Virus record (IMG/VR): IMGVR_UViG_3300032265_000041
Span: 1-57,987 of that record
DNA from: a virus
Taxonomy: Duplodnaviria; Caudoviricetes
Strand: one strand, 5' to 3'
DNA: 57,987 nt
Position 1 is the stretch's first letter, and each line of letters begins with the position of its first letter. A model generated the notes under the pieces. It searched no databases and was not told where the DNA came from. It saw nothing but the letters and a program-made list of their open reading frames with translations. Positions 16,989 to 27,232 of the stretch are shown here, piece by piece. The position numbers and the translations under genes are program-made.

Positions 16989-17288
16989 ATGAGTCGTCCT
17001 AAGCCCAGAGTTATTTTAGAAGTCACTAGTAAAAAGACCTATAAAACAGAACAAGTACTAGAAGCTGATGCTATCTGGGCTGTATTCTTTCAGGATAAGC
17101 CTATCAATTTAAAGACCAGCAGTATTGTGGCTCAACAATTAGGTCCAAAATATAAGAAAGTTAGTTTCTCAAATAGTGGACATGCAATTAATCTTGCCGA
17201 AAAGCTCAATAAGCAATTCAATACCACAGAATTCGCTGTTTTTAAATTGGTAACTGGAGATAAGTTAACCAATGAATCAAAAGACTGA
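16989..17288 (+). CDS. Hypothetical protein
   Basis: MSRPKP start gives better GGAG spacing than 16980; TAAATA at 16955-16960 upstream. Confidence 0.7.
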   Translation: MSRPKPRVILEVTSKKTYKTEQVLEADAIWAVFFQDKPINLKTSSIVAQQLGPKYKKVSFSNSGHAINLAEKLNKQFNTTEFAVFKLVTGDKLTNESKD

Positions 17289-17649
17289 CATAACCAAATA
17301 CGTAGCAGAACAATCTGAGCTGCCCACGGACGACAAATCCCTTAGAAAACTGATTAGAGACTGGTGGATCAATCCTCGCCAAAAGGTCAAAGGTGGGTTG
17401 AGACTGTCCGACGACGGGTTTGCCAGACTAACTACACAATTCAAATCATATAAAGTAGCATTTGATCAACCTGTAGAGTATACAAATCAACTGATTATTC
17501 GGTTGGATAACTTTATAGACTGCCCTTGGTATCTTACCAAAAAAGAAATTTATGTTTTTAATGACAAAATGGCTGTGCAATTAGTGTTGTTTTCTGGCAA
17601 CATTGCAAAATTTAGCACCGCAAAGGCAAAAAGTCTCAAATCCGCTTGA
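17272..17649 (+). CDS. Hypothetical protein
   Basis: 125-aa ORF with GGAG RBS. Confidence 0.7.
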   Translation: MNQKTDITKYVAEQSELPTDDKSLRKLIRDWWINPRQKVKGGLRLSDDGFARLTTQFKSYKVAFDQPVEYTNQLIIRLDNFIDCPWYLTKKEIYVFNDKMAVQLVLFSGNIAKFSTAKAKSLKSA

Positions 17650-17674
17650 CATAGATACTGTTTCCGTGTATAAT
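17646..17674 (+). promoter_or_regulatory. Consensus sigma70 promoter
   Basis: TTGACA-17-TATAAT, a perfect consensus. Confidence 0.88.
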
Positions 17675-17736
17675 TAATACATACTGAAGCATAAGGCAAT
17701 CAGTATTTAAATTAACCCAAACACTGAAAGTTTAAA

Positions 17737-18816
17737 ATGGCAGAGCAAATTAGTTCAAACCGCACCGTTACACCTAACGAAGCCAAGCGCTCTATTCGTA
17801 AGTGTATTAAAATCCAACGACCTGTGTTCATGTGGGGCCCTCCCGGTATTGGTAAATCCGACATTGTTAAACAACTTGGCGACGAACAAGGTCGCGAAGT
17901 TATTGACGTTCGTTTGTCACTGTGGGAACCTACTGACATTAAAGGTATTCCATATTACAATAGCACTGAAAATACTATGACTTGGGCTCCTCCTGCAGAA
18001 TTGCCCACAGATCCAGAGTCTACTGCTATCTTGTTCTTGGATGAATTGAACTCTGCGGCTCCTGCTACACAGGCAGCGGCTTTCCAGTTGGTACTGAACC
18101 GCCGTGTTGGTACGTATGTATTGCCAAAAGGTGTTGCTATTGTTGCCGCAGGTAACCGCGAAACTGACAAGGGTGTTACTTATCGTATGCCTGCTCCGTT
18201 GGCAAACCGGTTTGTTCACTTGGAATTGAAAACTGATTACGAAGATTGGTTGAATTGGGCAACTGCTAATCGTATCCATGAACAAGTGGTAGGTTATGTC
18301 GGCTTTGCTAAACAAGACTTGTATGACTTTGATCCAAAGAGCTCAAGCCGGGCATTTGCTACCCCACGTAGCTGGTCATTTGTTAGCGAATTGTTGACAG
18401 ATGACGACTTGGACGAGGGCACATTGACTGACCTGGTTGCAGGTGCAGTTGGTGAAGGATTAGCATGTAAGTTTATGGCACACCGTAAAGTGGCAAAACA
18501 AATGCCTAAGCCAGAAGATATCTTAAGTGGAAAAGTTAAGAAGTCCGATATCAAAGAGATCTCAGCAATGTATTCTTTGACTGTGTCACTATGCTACGAA
18601 CTCCAAAGTGCCGATCAGAAGAAGATCAAAGGTTGGGATGCTATGGCAGACAACTTCTTTGGCTTTATGATGGATAATTTCCCAACCGAATTGGTTGTTA
18701 TGGGTGCAAAGGTTGCGTTGACTAACTATCAACTGCCGTTCGATGCTAGTAAGATGCAGAACTTTGATCGGTTCCATGCAAAATATGGCAAGTACATTAT
18801 CCAAGCAATGGAATAA
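17737..18816 (+). CDS. MoxR-like AAA+ ATPase
   Basis: Walker A GPPGIGKS, Walker B ILFLDE, AAGN, PLANRF and TPRSW. Confidence 0.9.
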   Translation: MAEQISSNRTVTPNEAKRSIRKCIKIQRPVFMWGPPGIGKSDIVKQLGDEQGREVIDVRLSLWEPTDIKGIPYYNSTENTMTWAPPAELPTDPESTAILFLDELNSAAPATQAAAFQLVLNRRVGTYVLPKGVAIVAAGNRETDKGVTYRMPAPLANRFVHLELKTDYEDWLNWATANRIHEQVVGYVGFAKQDLYDFDPKSSSRAFATPRSWSFVSELLTDDDLDEGTLTDLVAGAVGEGLACKFMAHRKVAKQMPKPEDILSGKVKKSDIKEISAMYSLTVSLCYELQSADQKKIKGWDAMADNFFGFMMDNFPTELVVMGAKVALTNYQLPFDASKMQNFDRFHAKYGKYIIQAME

Positions 18817-18820
18817 AATT

Positions 18821-18840
18821 GGCCCGTAAGGGCCTTTTTT
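18821..18840 (+). terminator. Rho-independent terminator
   Basis: GGCCC-GTAA-GGGCC hairpin followed by T6. Confidence 0.8.
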
Positions 18841-18842
18841 AC

Positions 18843-18871
18843 TTGCTCTTTTGATAAATTCAATGTATAAT
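18843..18871 (+). promoter_or_regulatory. Sigma70-type promoter
   Basis: TTGCTC-17-TATAAT upstream of ATG 18900. Confidence 0.65.
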
Positions 18872-18899
18872 ATATACTTAGACACTAACAAGGACCAAT

Positions 18900-20150
18900 A
18901 TGACAAGCGTAATGAAAACTGAAAAAGTTAAAAAACCCGTAGCTACCAAAGAGTATACACAGGCAGAAAAGAATAAGATTGTTGAGAAGTTGGTCACAGC
19001 CCGTATTGGTCTGCTGTTGCGCCACCCTTTCTTTGGCAATTTGGCAACACGTATGAAGCTGATTGATGCGTCAGACTGGTGTGCTACATTGGCCACAGAT
19101 GGTCGTAACTTCTATTACAATAACGACTTTGTTAATAAACTTAAACCCAAAGAAGCAGAGTTTGGATTTGCACACGAAGTTCTCCATAATGTATTTGACC
19201 ACATGGGCCGTCGTGATCATCGTGACCCTACTCTATCAAACATTGCCGCAGATTATGCCGCTAACCAAATTCTTAAAGATGAACGTATTGGTGAAGTACC
19301 TACATTCATTAAAATCTATCAAGATAACAAGTATCGTGGCATGAGCTATGAACAGATCTATGATGACATTTACGAAAAGGCCGACAAGATTGACATCGGT
19401 TCGCTAGGCGAACTATTGGACGAGCACTTAGACGGTGATGACGAGAGTGACGGGGAAGGCGATGGAGAAAACAAGGGCAAAGGTCGCCCAAAGTTGACTG
19501 CTGAAGAAAAGAAAGCTATCCGCGACGAGATTAAGGAAGCTATGGTAGCGGCTGCACAGGCGGCAGGTGCTGGCAAAGTTCCTGCAGGTATCCAACGCAT
19601 GATCAGTTCTTTCACTGAACCTAAAATGGACTGGCGTCAAATGTTGCGTATGAATATTCAAAGTATTCTGAAAAGCAACTTTAGTTTTAGCCGCCCTAAT
19701 CGTAAGTCACAGCACTGTGGTGCTATCTTGCCAGGCATGATGAACGAAGAAACAATTGATGTTAGTGTAGCAATTGACATGTCTGGTTCTATTAGTGACT
19801 CTATGGCAATGGATTTCCTAAGTGAAGTTAAAGGCATCATGGATGAATATCAAGACTTCAAATTGGACTTGTGGACATTTGATACTCGAGTGTATGGCTA
19901 CCAACGTTTTACAGGTGATACGGCTGATGAGATCTTATCTTACAAGTGCCAAGGTGGTGGTGGTACTGACTTCGATGTAAACTATGACTTTATGAAGAAT
20001 GAAGGTATTGAGCCAAAACGATTTATTATGTTTACTGACGGTTATCCTTGTGGTAGCTGGGGTGATGAGAACTACTGCGAATCTTTGTTTATTATTCACG
20101 GTAACGACTCAATCGTTTCTCCATTCGGCCAGACTGCGCATTATAAATAA
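18900..20150 (+). CDS. Metallopeptidase-like + VWA domain protein (DUF2201-like), MoxR partner
   Basis: HEVLH (HExxH), MIDAS DMSGS, GGGTDF and FTDG. Confidence 0.85.
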   Translation: MTSVMKTEKVKKPVATKEYTQAEKNKIVEKLVTARIGLLLRHPFFGNLATRMKLIDASDWCATLATDGRNFYYNNDFVNKLKPKEAEFGFAHEVLHNVFDHMGRRDHRDPTLSNIAADYAANQILKDERIGEVPTFIKIYQDNKYRGMSYEQIYDDIYEKADKIDIGSLGELLDEHLDGDDESDGEGDGENKGKGRPKLTAEEKKAIRDEIKEAMVAAAQAAGAGKVPAGIQRMISSFTEPKMDWRQMLRMNIQSILKSNFSFSRPNRKSQHCGAILPGMMNEETIDVSVAIDMSGSISDSMAMDFLSEVKGIMDEYQDFKLDLWTFDTRVYGYQRFTGDTADEILSYKCQGGGGTDFDVNYDFMKNEGIEPKRFIMFTDGYPCGSWGDENYCESLFIIHGNDSIVSPFGQTAHYK

Positions 20151-20161
20151 GTAGGTAGATA

Positions 20162-20458
20162 ATGCCATTAAGCAGAGGTGAGATCAATCCATTAGGTGTT
20201 CTGAAGTTAAGGAAACTCTCCTTTATTCCAGAACACTTTGGTAAAATCTCAGTGGACCAATACGTCGATATCAAACTTATCGACCATTGGATTAGCTACA
20301 ACTTAAATAGTAGGTATGCAATAAAGAAGAAGATAACATTAGACCCTAATAAAAAAATGGTCGATGTTATTGAAATAGGTATAGAGGATCCCAGAGAGAT
20401 TACTATGTTAACTTTAGGGTGTCCCTACTTACATAAAACAATAAAGGATAAATTTTAA
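20162..20458 (+). CDS. Hypothetical protein
   Basis: TATAAATA at 20142-20149 upstream. Confidence 0.7.
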   Translation: MPLSRGEINPLGVLKLRKLSFIPEHFGKISVDQYVDIKLIDHWISYNLNSRYAIKKKITLDPNKKMVDVIEIGIEDPREITMLTLGCPYLHKTIKDKF

Positions 20459-20459
20459 A

Positions 20460-20708
20460 ATGGAAAATCAAGAACAAGCTCAAGTAGCAACTGAAGAAGG
20501 TGTAGCACCTCAAGCAACTCAACCAGAGTTAAGCATTAATGATCTTCAAAATCTACGTGGCATTATTAATGTAGCAGTCAAGCGTGGTGCATTTGAAGCC
20601 GCAGAACTAACCGCAGTTGGTAGCGTGTATGATCGATTAAATGCGTTTTTAAATGCAGTAACACCTGCACCGCAAGCACCTGCACCAGAACAGGCTCCAG
20701 AAGCCTAA
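20460..20708 (+). CDS. Hypothetical protein
   Basis: Contiguous 82-aa ORF. Confidence 0.7.
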   Translation: MENQEQAQVATEEGVAPQATQPELSINDLQNLRGIINVAVKRGAFEAAELTAVGSVYDRLNAFLNAVTPAPQAPAPEQAPEA

Positions 20709-20720
20709 TAGGAGAATCAC

Positions 20721-21332
20721 ATGAAACATGTGGGAAAAATGAAGAACAATGGAGCTAAGGTAGTAGTTGCATATCGTACATTACCGGGCGATCCGCTAAG
20801 TGCCTTAGTTGTAGGTACTAATAATCTAGGTGATACTTATCATGACTCATTGATGAGTACTGTTCAAGATAATAGCGCACAACAGGCAAACGAACTTGCA
20901 GATATTCTTGCTGTTCGCAGATTCCCCGATGGTAGCAATATGTTAGAATTCTTACACAGACGTGGAAATCTTAAAAAAGTTTCCACTAACGGTGTATTGA
21001 TGACTCCTACTCCGCAAACAAGCATTTCGTTAGATGAACTGAATGTTTTGATTGCAGAACAAAAAGGTATTACGTTAGATGAGTTAGCCGTTACTGATGG
21101 CATTACTCCTAATCCAAAGAGTAAGAAATCCGATCCTACTAAAACTACCAGTGCTAGCGTAAATGGTGAGGAAGAGATTGTAGTTGTCGAAACTGCTGAA
21201 GAAGATATGACTCCTGCGCAACTTCGTAGCAAGGCAGATGCATTGTTCAAGCAAGCCCAAGTCTTGCGTAAGCAAGCAGACGCTATCGATCCTCCGAAGA
21301 GCAAGAAAAAAGCCTCCGTAGAAGTTGAATGA
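20721..21332 (+). CDS. Hypothetical protein
   Basis: AGGAG RBS; 203 aa. Confidence 0.75.
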   Translation: MKHVGKMKNNGAKVVVAYRTLPGDPLSALVVGTNNLGDTYHDSLMSTVQDNSAQQANELADILAVRRFPDGSNMLEFLHRRGNLKKVSTNGVLMTPTPQTSISLDELNVLIAEQKGITLDELAVTDGITPNPKSKKSDPTKTTSASVNGEEEIVVVETAEEDMTPAQLRSKADALFKQAQVLRKQADAIDPPKSKKKASVEVE

Positions 21333-22213
21333 GCCAATCTGAAGTAGTATACCTAAACGCACTGCGAGACATTTTAGATCACGGTGAGGATCGTCCTGAT
21401 AGAACAGGAACAGGTACTCGCAGTATCTTTGGTCTCCAAATGCGTTTTGATTTGACAGAGGGCTTTCCTGCTATCACTACAAAGAAGTTAGCATGGAAGG
21501 CCTGTGTCAGCGAACTGATTTGGTTTATCGAAGGTAGCGGTGACGAATATCGTTTGAGAGAAATCCTACACGGTGATCGTTATACTGATAAGAAAACCAT
21601 TTGGACTGATAACGCACAATCTGACTATTGGGTCAAGCAACGTCTCCAACGTCATCCAGGTGATCTAGGTCGTGTATACGGGGTGCAATGGCGCAGGTGG
21701 CGTAAGCCGTTGATCCGTGTCAACAAGGTTGTGCTACAAAATCACGATCAGTTAATTGAGTTGATCAATAGTATTAAAGATGATCCGTACAGTCGCAGGC
21801 ACATTATCAGTGCATGGAACCCAGGAGAACTGGACCTAATGGCACTTCCGCCATGTCACATGATGGCACAGTTTTATGTTAGCAACGGGAAGTTAAGTTG
21901 CCAAATGTACCAACGTAGTGCTGACATGTTTTTAGGAATGCCCTTTAATATTGCATCATACGCATTGTTTACGCATATGATAGCACAGGTTTGTAATTTA
22001 GAAGTTGGCGAGTTGATTATAAGCGTAGGTGATGCTCACATTTATGACAATCACTTTGATCAGGTAAAGGAACAATTAGCTCGTAAGCCATTTGCATTAC
22101 CAACATTAAATTTGAATCCAGAAATTTCTGTTATTACAGAATTTGATATGAATGATATTAATCTAGACGGTTATGAAAGCCACGAAGCCATTAAGGCTCC
22201 AATGGCTGTTTAA
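21329..22213 (+). CDS. thyA: Thymidylate synthase
   Basis: DRTGTGT, LPPCH, YQRSADMFLGMPFNIASY (Asn gives dUMP specificity) and DAHIY. Confidence 0.95.
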   Translation: MSQSEVVYLNALRDILDHGEDRPDRTGTGTRSIFGLQMRFDLTEGFPAITTKKLAWKACVSELIWFIEGSGDEYRLREILHGDRYTDKKTIWTDNAQSDYWVKQRLQRHPGDLGRVYGVQWRRWRKPLIRVNKVVLQNHDQLIELINSIKDDPYSRRHIISAWNPGELDLMALPPCHMMAQFYVSNGKLSCQMYQRSADMFLGMPFNIASYALFTHMIAQVCNLEVGELIISVGDAHIYDNHFDQVKEQLARKPFALPTLNLNPEISVITEFDMNDINLDGYESHEAIKAPMAV

Positions 22214-23451
22214 ACTACTAATACTTCAATAACTCCGACAGGCCCTTGGAAATCTTCAAGGGCCTTTCCTATTACAGCGTTAGAACTATCTGTAGGTAGT
22301 TTAGCACAAGCATGTCCTAGACGGGCACTAGTTACTAGAAGATCACCCTTTTTAATACTGCCTATAATTTTGCACGGAACACGGCCTTTTAAGGCAATAT
22401 AGGGGTGAGTTTCGTCGGTTCCGGCGTCGGAATTCATCATATAGGCTGGGTTTTTACTCACTATGCCTGCAACTGCGGTACTGGCACGTTCTTCACATGC
22501 TGTCACTTCTTTAGCTCCGCCAATTACAACTACGGTTCCAACTTCATATGGCATGTCGGCAGCATAGCGTTCTGCCAAATCAGCGTAACGTGCCTGAGAT
22601 GCAATAGTGTTTAGGACTCCTGTGCTAGGGTTAAACGTAATACCAGCATTTTTATATATGGTACCATTATTAGAAATAAACGGAACGTTAAATGCAATGT
22701 TGTCTGTAGAATTTTGGGCAGTAATACCGGTAGTTGATACAGCAGTAGTAGCACTAACTGCAACTAATGCCTCGGCAGCAGTTCCCCAAAATACATAACC
22801 TTGTTGTGTTTGCGGGTTATACGAAGATCCGGTTATTGCATCAGCACCGGCTAATGTAATACCTTTTTTAATAATTTTAAATTTAGAATATAAATCCGAT
22901 GTAGTTGTAGGAATAAAATCAGTTCCGCCATAACTTGAAATGGTAACAACAGGATTAGTACCAATTTTAGCTTTAAGTATTGTGTAGCGGTTTGTTTCAT
23001 CTTTCGGTTCATTAACTCCTGTCCATGCTGCATTAACAGCAGCCGATGTAGCTGGTCCAACTAATACAAAACTGCTACCATCAAATGCACTTAGCTGAGA
23101 GTTAGTAGAATCCCACCATAAGTCACCTTGAACAAAATTATTAACTGATTCTCGATTAACATCAGTTGATATTCTTAAACTAGCAAGTCCTTTAAAAGAC
23201 TTACCATCATACGAAACAGTTAGTTGTCGAGTTGTGCTATTAAACCAAAGCTGACCTTGTAACGGTTTGGAAGGAAAATTTGCCGAAGTGTTTGAAAAGT
23301 TTTCTAAAAGTTTTACAAAGTTTTCATTAACTATCTCTCCGTATCCAGAATAGTTTCTACCAACAAATGTTAAGTTAGTAGTAAGGTCAGTAGAAGCATC
23401 GTTAACTGTAGTAAGAACGCTTCCGTTGGTTTTATTTAAAATATATGGCAT
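22210..23451 (-). CDS. Tail fibre/baseplate-associated protein with a C-terminal chaperone-like (peptidase G2/IMC-like) domain
   Basis: Shared fibre N-terminal domain; C-terminal YADLAERY...GRVPCK...GDLLVTS. Confidence 0.7.
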   Translation of the reverse strand: MPYILNKTNGSVLTTVNDASTDLTTNLTFVGRNYSGYGEIVNENFVKLLENFSNTSANFPSKPLQGQLWFNSTTRQLTVSYDGKSFKGLASLRISTDVNRESVNNFVQGDLWWDSTNSQLSAFDGSSFVLVGPATSAAVNAAWTGVNEPKDETNRYTILKAKIGTNPVVTISSYGGTDFIPTTTSDLYSKFKIIKKGITLAGADAITGSSYNPQTQQGYVFWGTAAEALVAVSATTAVSTTGITAQNSTDNIAFNVPFISNNGTIYKNAGITFNPSTGVLNTIASQARYADLAERYAADMPYEVGTVVVIGGAKEVTACEERASTAVAGIVSKNPAYMMNSDAGTDETHPYIALKGRVPCKIIGSIKKGDLLVTSARLGHACAKLPTDSSNAVIGKALEDFQGPVGVIEVLVV

Positions 23452-23467
23452 AGTTTATTCTTTAATA

Positions 23468-25714
23468 TTAATATAATGCATTCCATGTGGATCCGTTATA
23501 GAATACAGGGTATGGGAATGCAGGGAACCCTTTACTTGCAGGATTCCACAAAGTACCATCCGCAACAGCAAACATTCCTGCTACAGGATTCGAAGGAGCC
23601 CATATTGATACCTCCAGTGATAATACATTACCTAAGGATATTTTACTTACATTAAGATCACCACTTATATTAACATTCCCCACAGTAGTAATATTACCAT
23701 TGACTGTTAATTGACCTATATAACTAGGTAGTCCAATTGTCATAACTGACGAAACAGGTGCTGTACCAGTAAAATATATAGTGTACCCAGTTGGATCATT
23801 AGCACGAACTGTGAAGGGACTACTATCTAATAGAACAATATTGCCGGAATGCAATTGTGATATTACATTTCTTAGATTTTTTGTAGGACCTGCTACAGCA
23901 ATTTTACCAAGACCGGCACCATCGTCATTGTCAGCAATCCTAGCTACAAAATCAACACCATATGTATAATTGACCACGGTTGTGGCAGTTGTTCCAATTG
24001 TTGCAGTACTACCAACATTTAATTTTCCGCCAATACCAACACCACCAGTTACTACTAATGCGCCGGATGCCGTACTTATACTAGATGATATATTATTGAT
24101 TGTAAGGGTACTTGTTGTACTTGTACTAGCACCAATAAATGGTATACCATTTTGATATAAACTGCCCAAAACATTTAAGTTTGCGCCAATACCAACATTT
24201 CCACCAAAAAACACATCAGCAGTTGATGTACTTGCTGTTAATACATCAGTAATCCCGCCAGATGCGTTTTGTGAAAAAATTCTAAGATTATTACTGCTAT
24301 CAACATCAACATTCCATGTGCTGTTAGATTGGCCAGATATATTATTGATGCCAGGCCAACCCAATATAATCTGACCACCTTCGCCAGTAGTTGATCCAAC
24401 AATTAAATTATCGTTAGCATATACTATCCCGTTTGCAATAACATCTACATCAAAAGTTGCAGTACTTGTAACATTAAACCTATGTGCATCTATTTCTATA
24501 CCGGTAACATATCCAGGACTGTCCATATGCCCAGGTATTGGATCAATAATAGCACTAATTCTGTTAACAAGAGAATTACTAATATTCCAATCTTCTTCAA
24601 AATAAATAGCAGCACCATCAAGGCGGGTTGTTATAGGACCCGCTAACCCATTTGTTGGTTTTATTACTAAAATATCTTTGTTAAAAGTTGAAGTATTAGT
24701 AGCAGTTAAACTTGATACAATAATGCTAGTAGCAGTTATGTTAGTTGATGTTAGACTTGTTATTGCACCAGTAGTAGCGGTTATGTTAGTAGCTGTTAAT
24801 GTTGTTACATACATGCTAGTAGATACAACACTAGTTGCGGTAACAGTACCGCCCACAAAGATACCTTTTCCAACACCAATACCGCCAGCAACTACTATAG
24901 CACCGGTTGTTGTACTAGTTGAAGACGAAGTATTAGATGAAGTATAAACGTCATCAGTTTTAATAGAAATAGTAGTTACAGTGGTATATTGAATGTCCAA
25001 TTCTTGTGCAATAATTTTTCCTGCAGTAATTATATTACTATATATAGTATCACTGTATATAGATCTTCCTGTAATTGTTCCATTAGACCTTAAATCACCA
25101 AACATAGTTAAACCTTTGGTGATACTAAAAGTTAATCCCGCAAAATCTGGGGATAGATAATTAACTGGAAAATCCAAATTAGTTGTAAATGATGCGGTTG
25201 TTATTAAACCAATTGTTTCTCCATAGTTTTTCAATAATGTAACTTTTTGAGTTACTCCATCTATATTTTGAACAGGATGTTGATCCGAAGGAAGTATCCA
25301 TCCATTATCGCCTATGCTTTTCTTAAACGGTGGTCCTACTATTGTCCAAACACTTCCATTCCATGCACTTAATTGAAAATTACCCGAATCCCACCATAGA
25401 TCCCCAGTTGACGGATCTGTAGGAACAGTCGGGGAAACTATTGCACCTGTTACTGGTTTAAATTTACCGTCGTATACTTTTAATCTTCTTGCTGTTGTAT
25501 CATACCATAACTGACCAACTAATGGACTACGGGGTTGCTTACTTGTAGAGTTTGCAGAATTTGCCAATAATTTTACAAAATTATTATTGATATATTGACC
25601 ATATGCATTAAGGTTTTTGCCAACTAGGCTAAGACTAGTAACAGATTCGTCTACTGTATTATCTGCTAATATCAGTAATGTAGTACCGTCAGTGTTTGAA
25701 ATTTTATAGGCCAT
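23468..25714 (-). CDS. Tail fibre protein
   Basis: Shared N-terminal domain (SLSLVG..YG..NFVKLL..GQLWYD); Thr/Ser-rich GA.VV.GG.G.G repeats. Confidence 0.75.
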   Translation of the reverse strand: MAYKISNTDGTTLLILADNTVDESVTSLSLVGKNLNAYGQYINNNFVKLLANSANSTSKQPRSPLVGQLWYDTTARRLKVYDGKFKPVTGAIVSPTVPTDPSTGDLWWDSGNFQLSAWNGSVWTIVGPPFKKSIGDNGWILPSDQHPVQNIDGVTQKVTLLKNYGETIGLITTASFTTNLDFPVNYLSPDFAGLTFSITKGLTMFGDLRSNGTITGRSIYSDTIYSNIITAGKIIAQELDIQYTTVTTISIKTDDVYTSSNTSSSTSTTTGAIVVAGGIGVGKGIFVGGTVTATSVVSTSMYVTTLTATNITATTGAITSLTSTNITATSIIVSSLTATNTSTFNKDILVIKPTNGLAGPITTRLDGAAIYFEEDWNISNSLVNRISAIIDPIPGHMDSPGYVTGIEIDAHRFNVTSTATFDVDVIANGIVYANDNLIVGSTTGEGGQIILGWPGINNISGQSNSTWNVDVDSSNNLRIFSQNASGGITDVLTASTSTADVFFGGNVGIGANLNVLGSLYQNGIPFIGASTSTTSTLTINNISSSISTASGALVVTGGVGIGGKLNVGSTATIGTTATTVVNYTYGVDFVARIADNDDGAGLGKIAVAGPTKNLRNVISQLHSGNIVLLDSSPFTVRANDPTGYTIYFTGTAPVSSVMTIGLPSYIGQLTVNGNITTVGNVNISGDLNVSKISLGNVLSLEVSIWAPSNPVAGMFAVADGTLWNPASKGFPAFPYPVFYNGSTWNALY

Positions 25715-25718
25715 AATT

Positions 25719-27230
25719 TTATGTCTTTATAATATAGTAAGTAGTTACTGTTCCGCCCTGTGGAAGTGTACTCGATGCAGATAACGACGGAATATAAAAC
25801 ACAGTGGTACTGAGCGGTGTACCATACTTGACTCCAATTACTGAAAACAGCCCTGCATAAGTAATTCTCGACACCTGTGATCCGTCACATTTTAACCATC
25901 CGCCCGGAGGAACATCTCCTGCATAAAGTTGCAATGTGCCTGTCGTAGCATTGTAGGTTGACGAAACTACATTGGATGAATATATGTTTGAAACATACAT
26001 GGATCTAAAATAGTTAGTTGCTGTTCCAATGTCATAACTGTTATGATTATTAGATACCATTGCAACGCCAGATCCATTTGATGTACCAACTGTTATTCTA
26101 CCAGTAGAGGTTGTTATTCCTCCAATTTTTATTCCGCCCGTTATATAAGTGTTACTTCCTATTGTAGTAGTACCTGATATATTTGCGGTAGATGTAACTG
26201 TAAATGCTCTGTTAATAGTTACTTCACCATCAATTGATGTAGCTGTACTTATGGTAACTAAAGAATTTCCAACAGTTACTATATCTTTACTAATTCTAAG
26301 AGAAATCTTTCCAGAAGATTTATTGTTTAATAAAACCGCATCATCCCCATCTTTATATAATTGAATATAATCAAGAGTTGCACCACCGACTACATCAATA
26401 ATCAATCCATACTGGCCTTTAATATTAGATGATAAAGAATTAGGCTGTCTATACTTAACTCGTCCTGTTATAAGTTGACCATCTTTTGAAATATCACTTT
26501 TTCTTAAAAATTCACTACCCGAATATGGAGTATTAGAAACTTGCAAAGATAACGCAGTATTTGCAATTCCATTAAGAATTGCATAGTTTCCCGTATTTGT
26601 ATCATTAAAGAAATTAATTCCAGGAACAAGTGTAGTAAATCCCGAAATCACAGGATTAGGATTAAACGTATCGTTAGAAATAATAGATACAATTTGTCCA
26701 CGTATATAATTAAATATTAAAGGATATTCTACAGGAGGATCAGTATTACTTAACCATGACCCTGCTTCAACTCCGGTCTTATCACCACCAGTTCCTACAG
26801 TTGGACCAACTGTGGTCCATATATTACTATTGTATATCTTAAGTTGATTAGTAGAAGTATCTACCCAAATATCTCCGTTCTTCAATACCACACCGGTAGA
26901 ATTTCTTGGATCAGTGCCTTGTTGATAAATTCCATTAGCACTTGGCCAGCGGGTAGCACTTGCAGTGCCGTCCATAATACGTAAAACTTTTTTGGAAGCA
27001 TCACTAGTATCATACCATAGCTGGCCTTCTATTGGATTTTCTGGAGGGATGGGGCTGGCAAAGTTTTCTAATAGTTGTAAAAAGTTACCAGCAATCTTTT
27101 CACCGTAGTTAGGATAGCCGCGGCCTACTAAACTTAAACTTGTATCAACAGTATTAATTCCTGGTGGCATATCTGGTACTGTAACTGTACCAGTCTTAAT
27201 AGGATCTGAAAATCGTAGTGTATATGACAT
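25719..27230 (-). CDS. Short tail fibre-like protein with tail collar domain
   Basis: C-terminal PGGWLKCDGSQVSRITYAGLFSVIG..YG...YIIKT collar signature. Confidence 0.8.
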   Translation of the reverse strand: MSYTLRFSDPIKTGTVTVPDMPPGINTVDTSLSLVGRGYPNYGEKIAGNFLQLLENFASPIPPENPIEGQLWYDTSDASKKVLRIMDGTASATRWPSANGIYQQGTDPRNSTGVVLKNGDIWVDTSTNQLKIYNSNIWTTVGPTVGTGGDKTGVEAGSWLSNTDPPVEYPLIFNYIRGQIVSIISNDTFNPNPVISGFTTLVPGINFFNDTNTGNYAILNGIANTALSLQVSNTPYSGSEFLRKSDISKDGQLITGRVKYRQPNSLSSNIKGQYGLIIDVVGGATLDYIQLYKDGDDAVLLNNKSSGKISLRISKDIVTVGNSLVTISTATSIDGEVTINRAFTVTSTANISGTTTIGSNTYITGGIKIGGITTSTGRITVGTSNGSGVAMVSNNHNSYDIGTATNYFRSMYVSNIYSSNVVSSTYNATTGTLQLYAGDVPPGGWLKCDGSQVSRITYAGLFSVIGVKYGTPLSTTVFYIPSLSASSTLPQGGTVTTYYIIKT

Positions 27231-27232
27231 TA

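Noticed and set aside
21329-22213. TS-family gene as a dCMP hydroxymethylase supplying hmC for the glycosyltransferase
   Set aside because: It has the Asn in PFNIASY and the full ThyA motif set, which indicates dUMP specificity.
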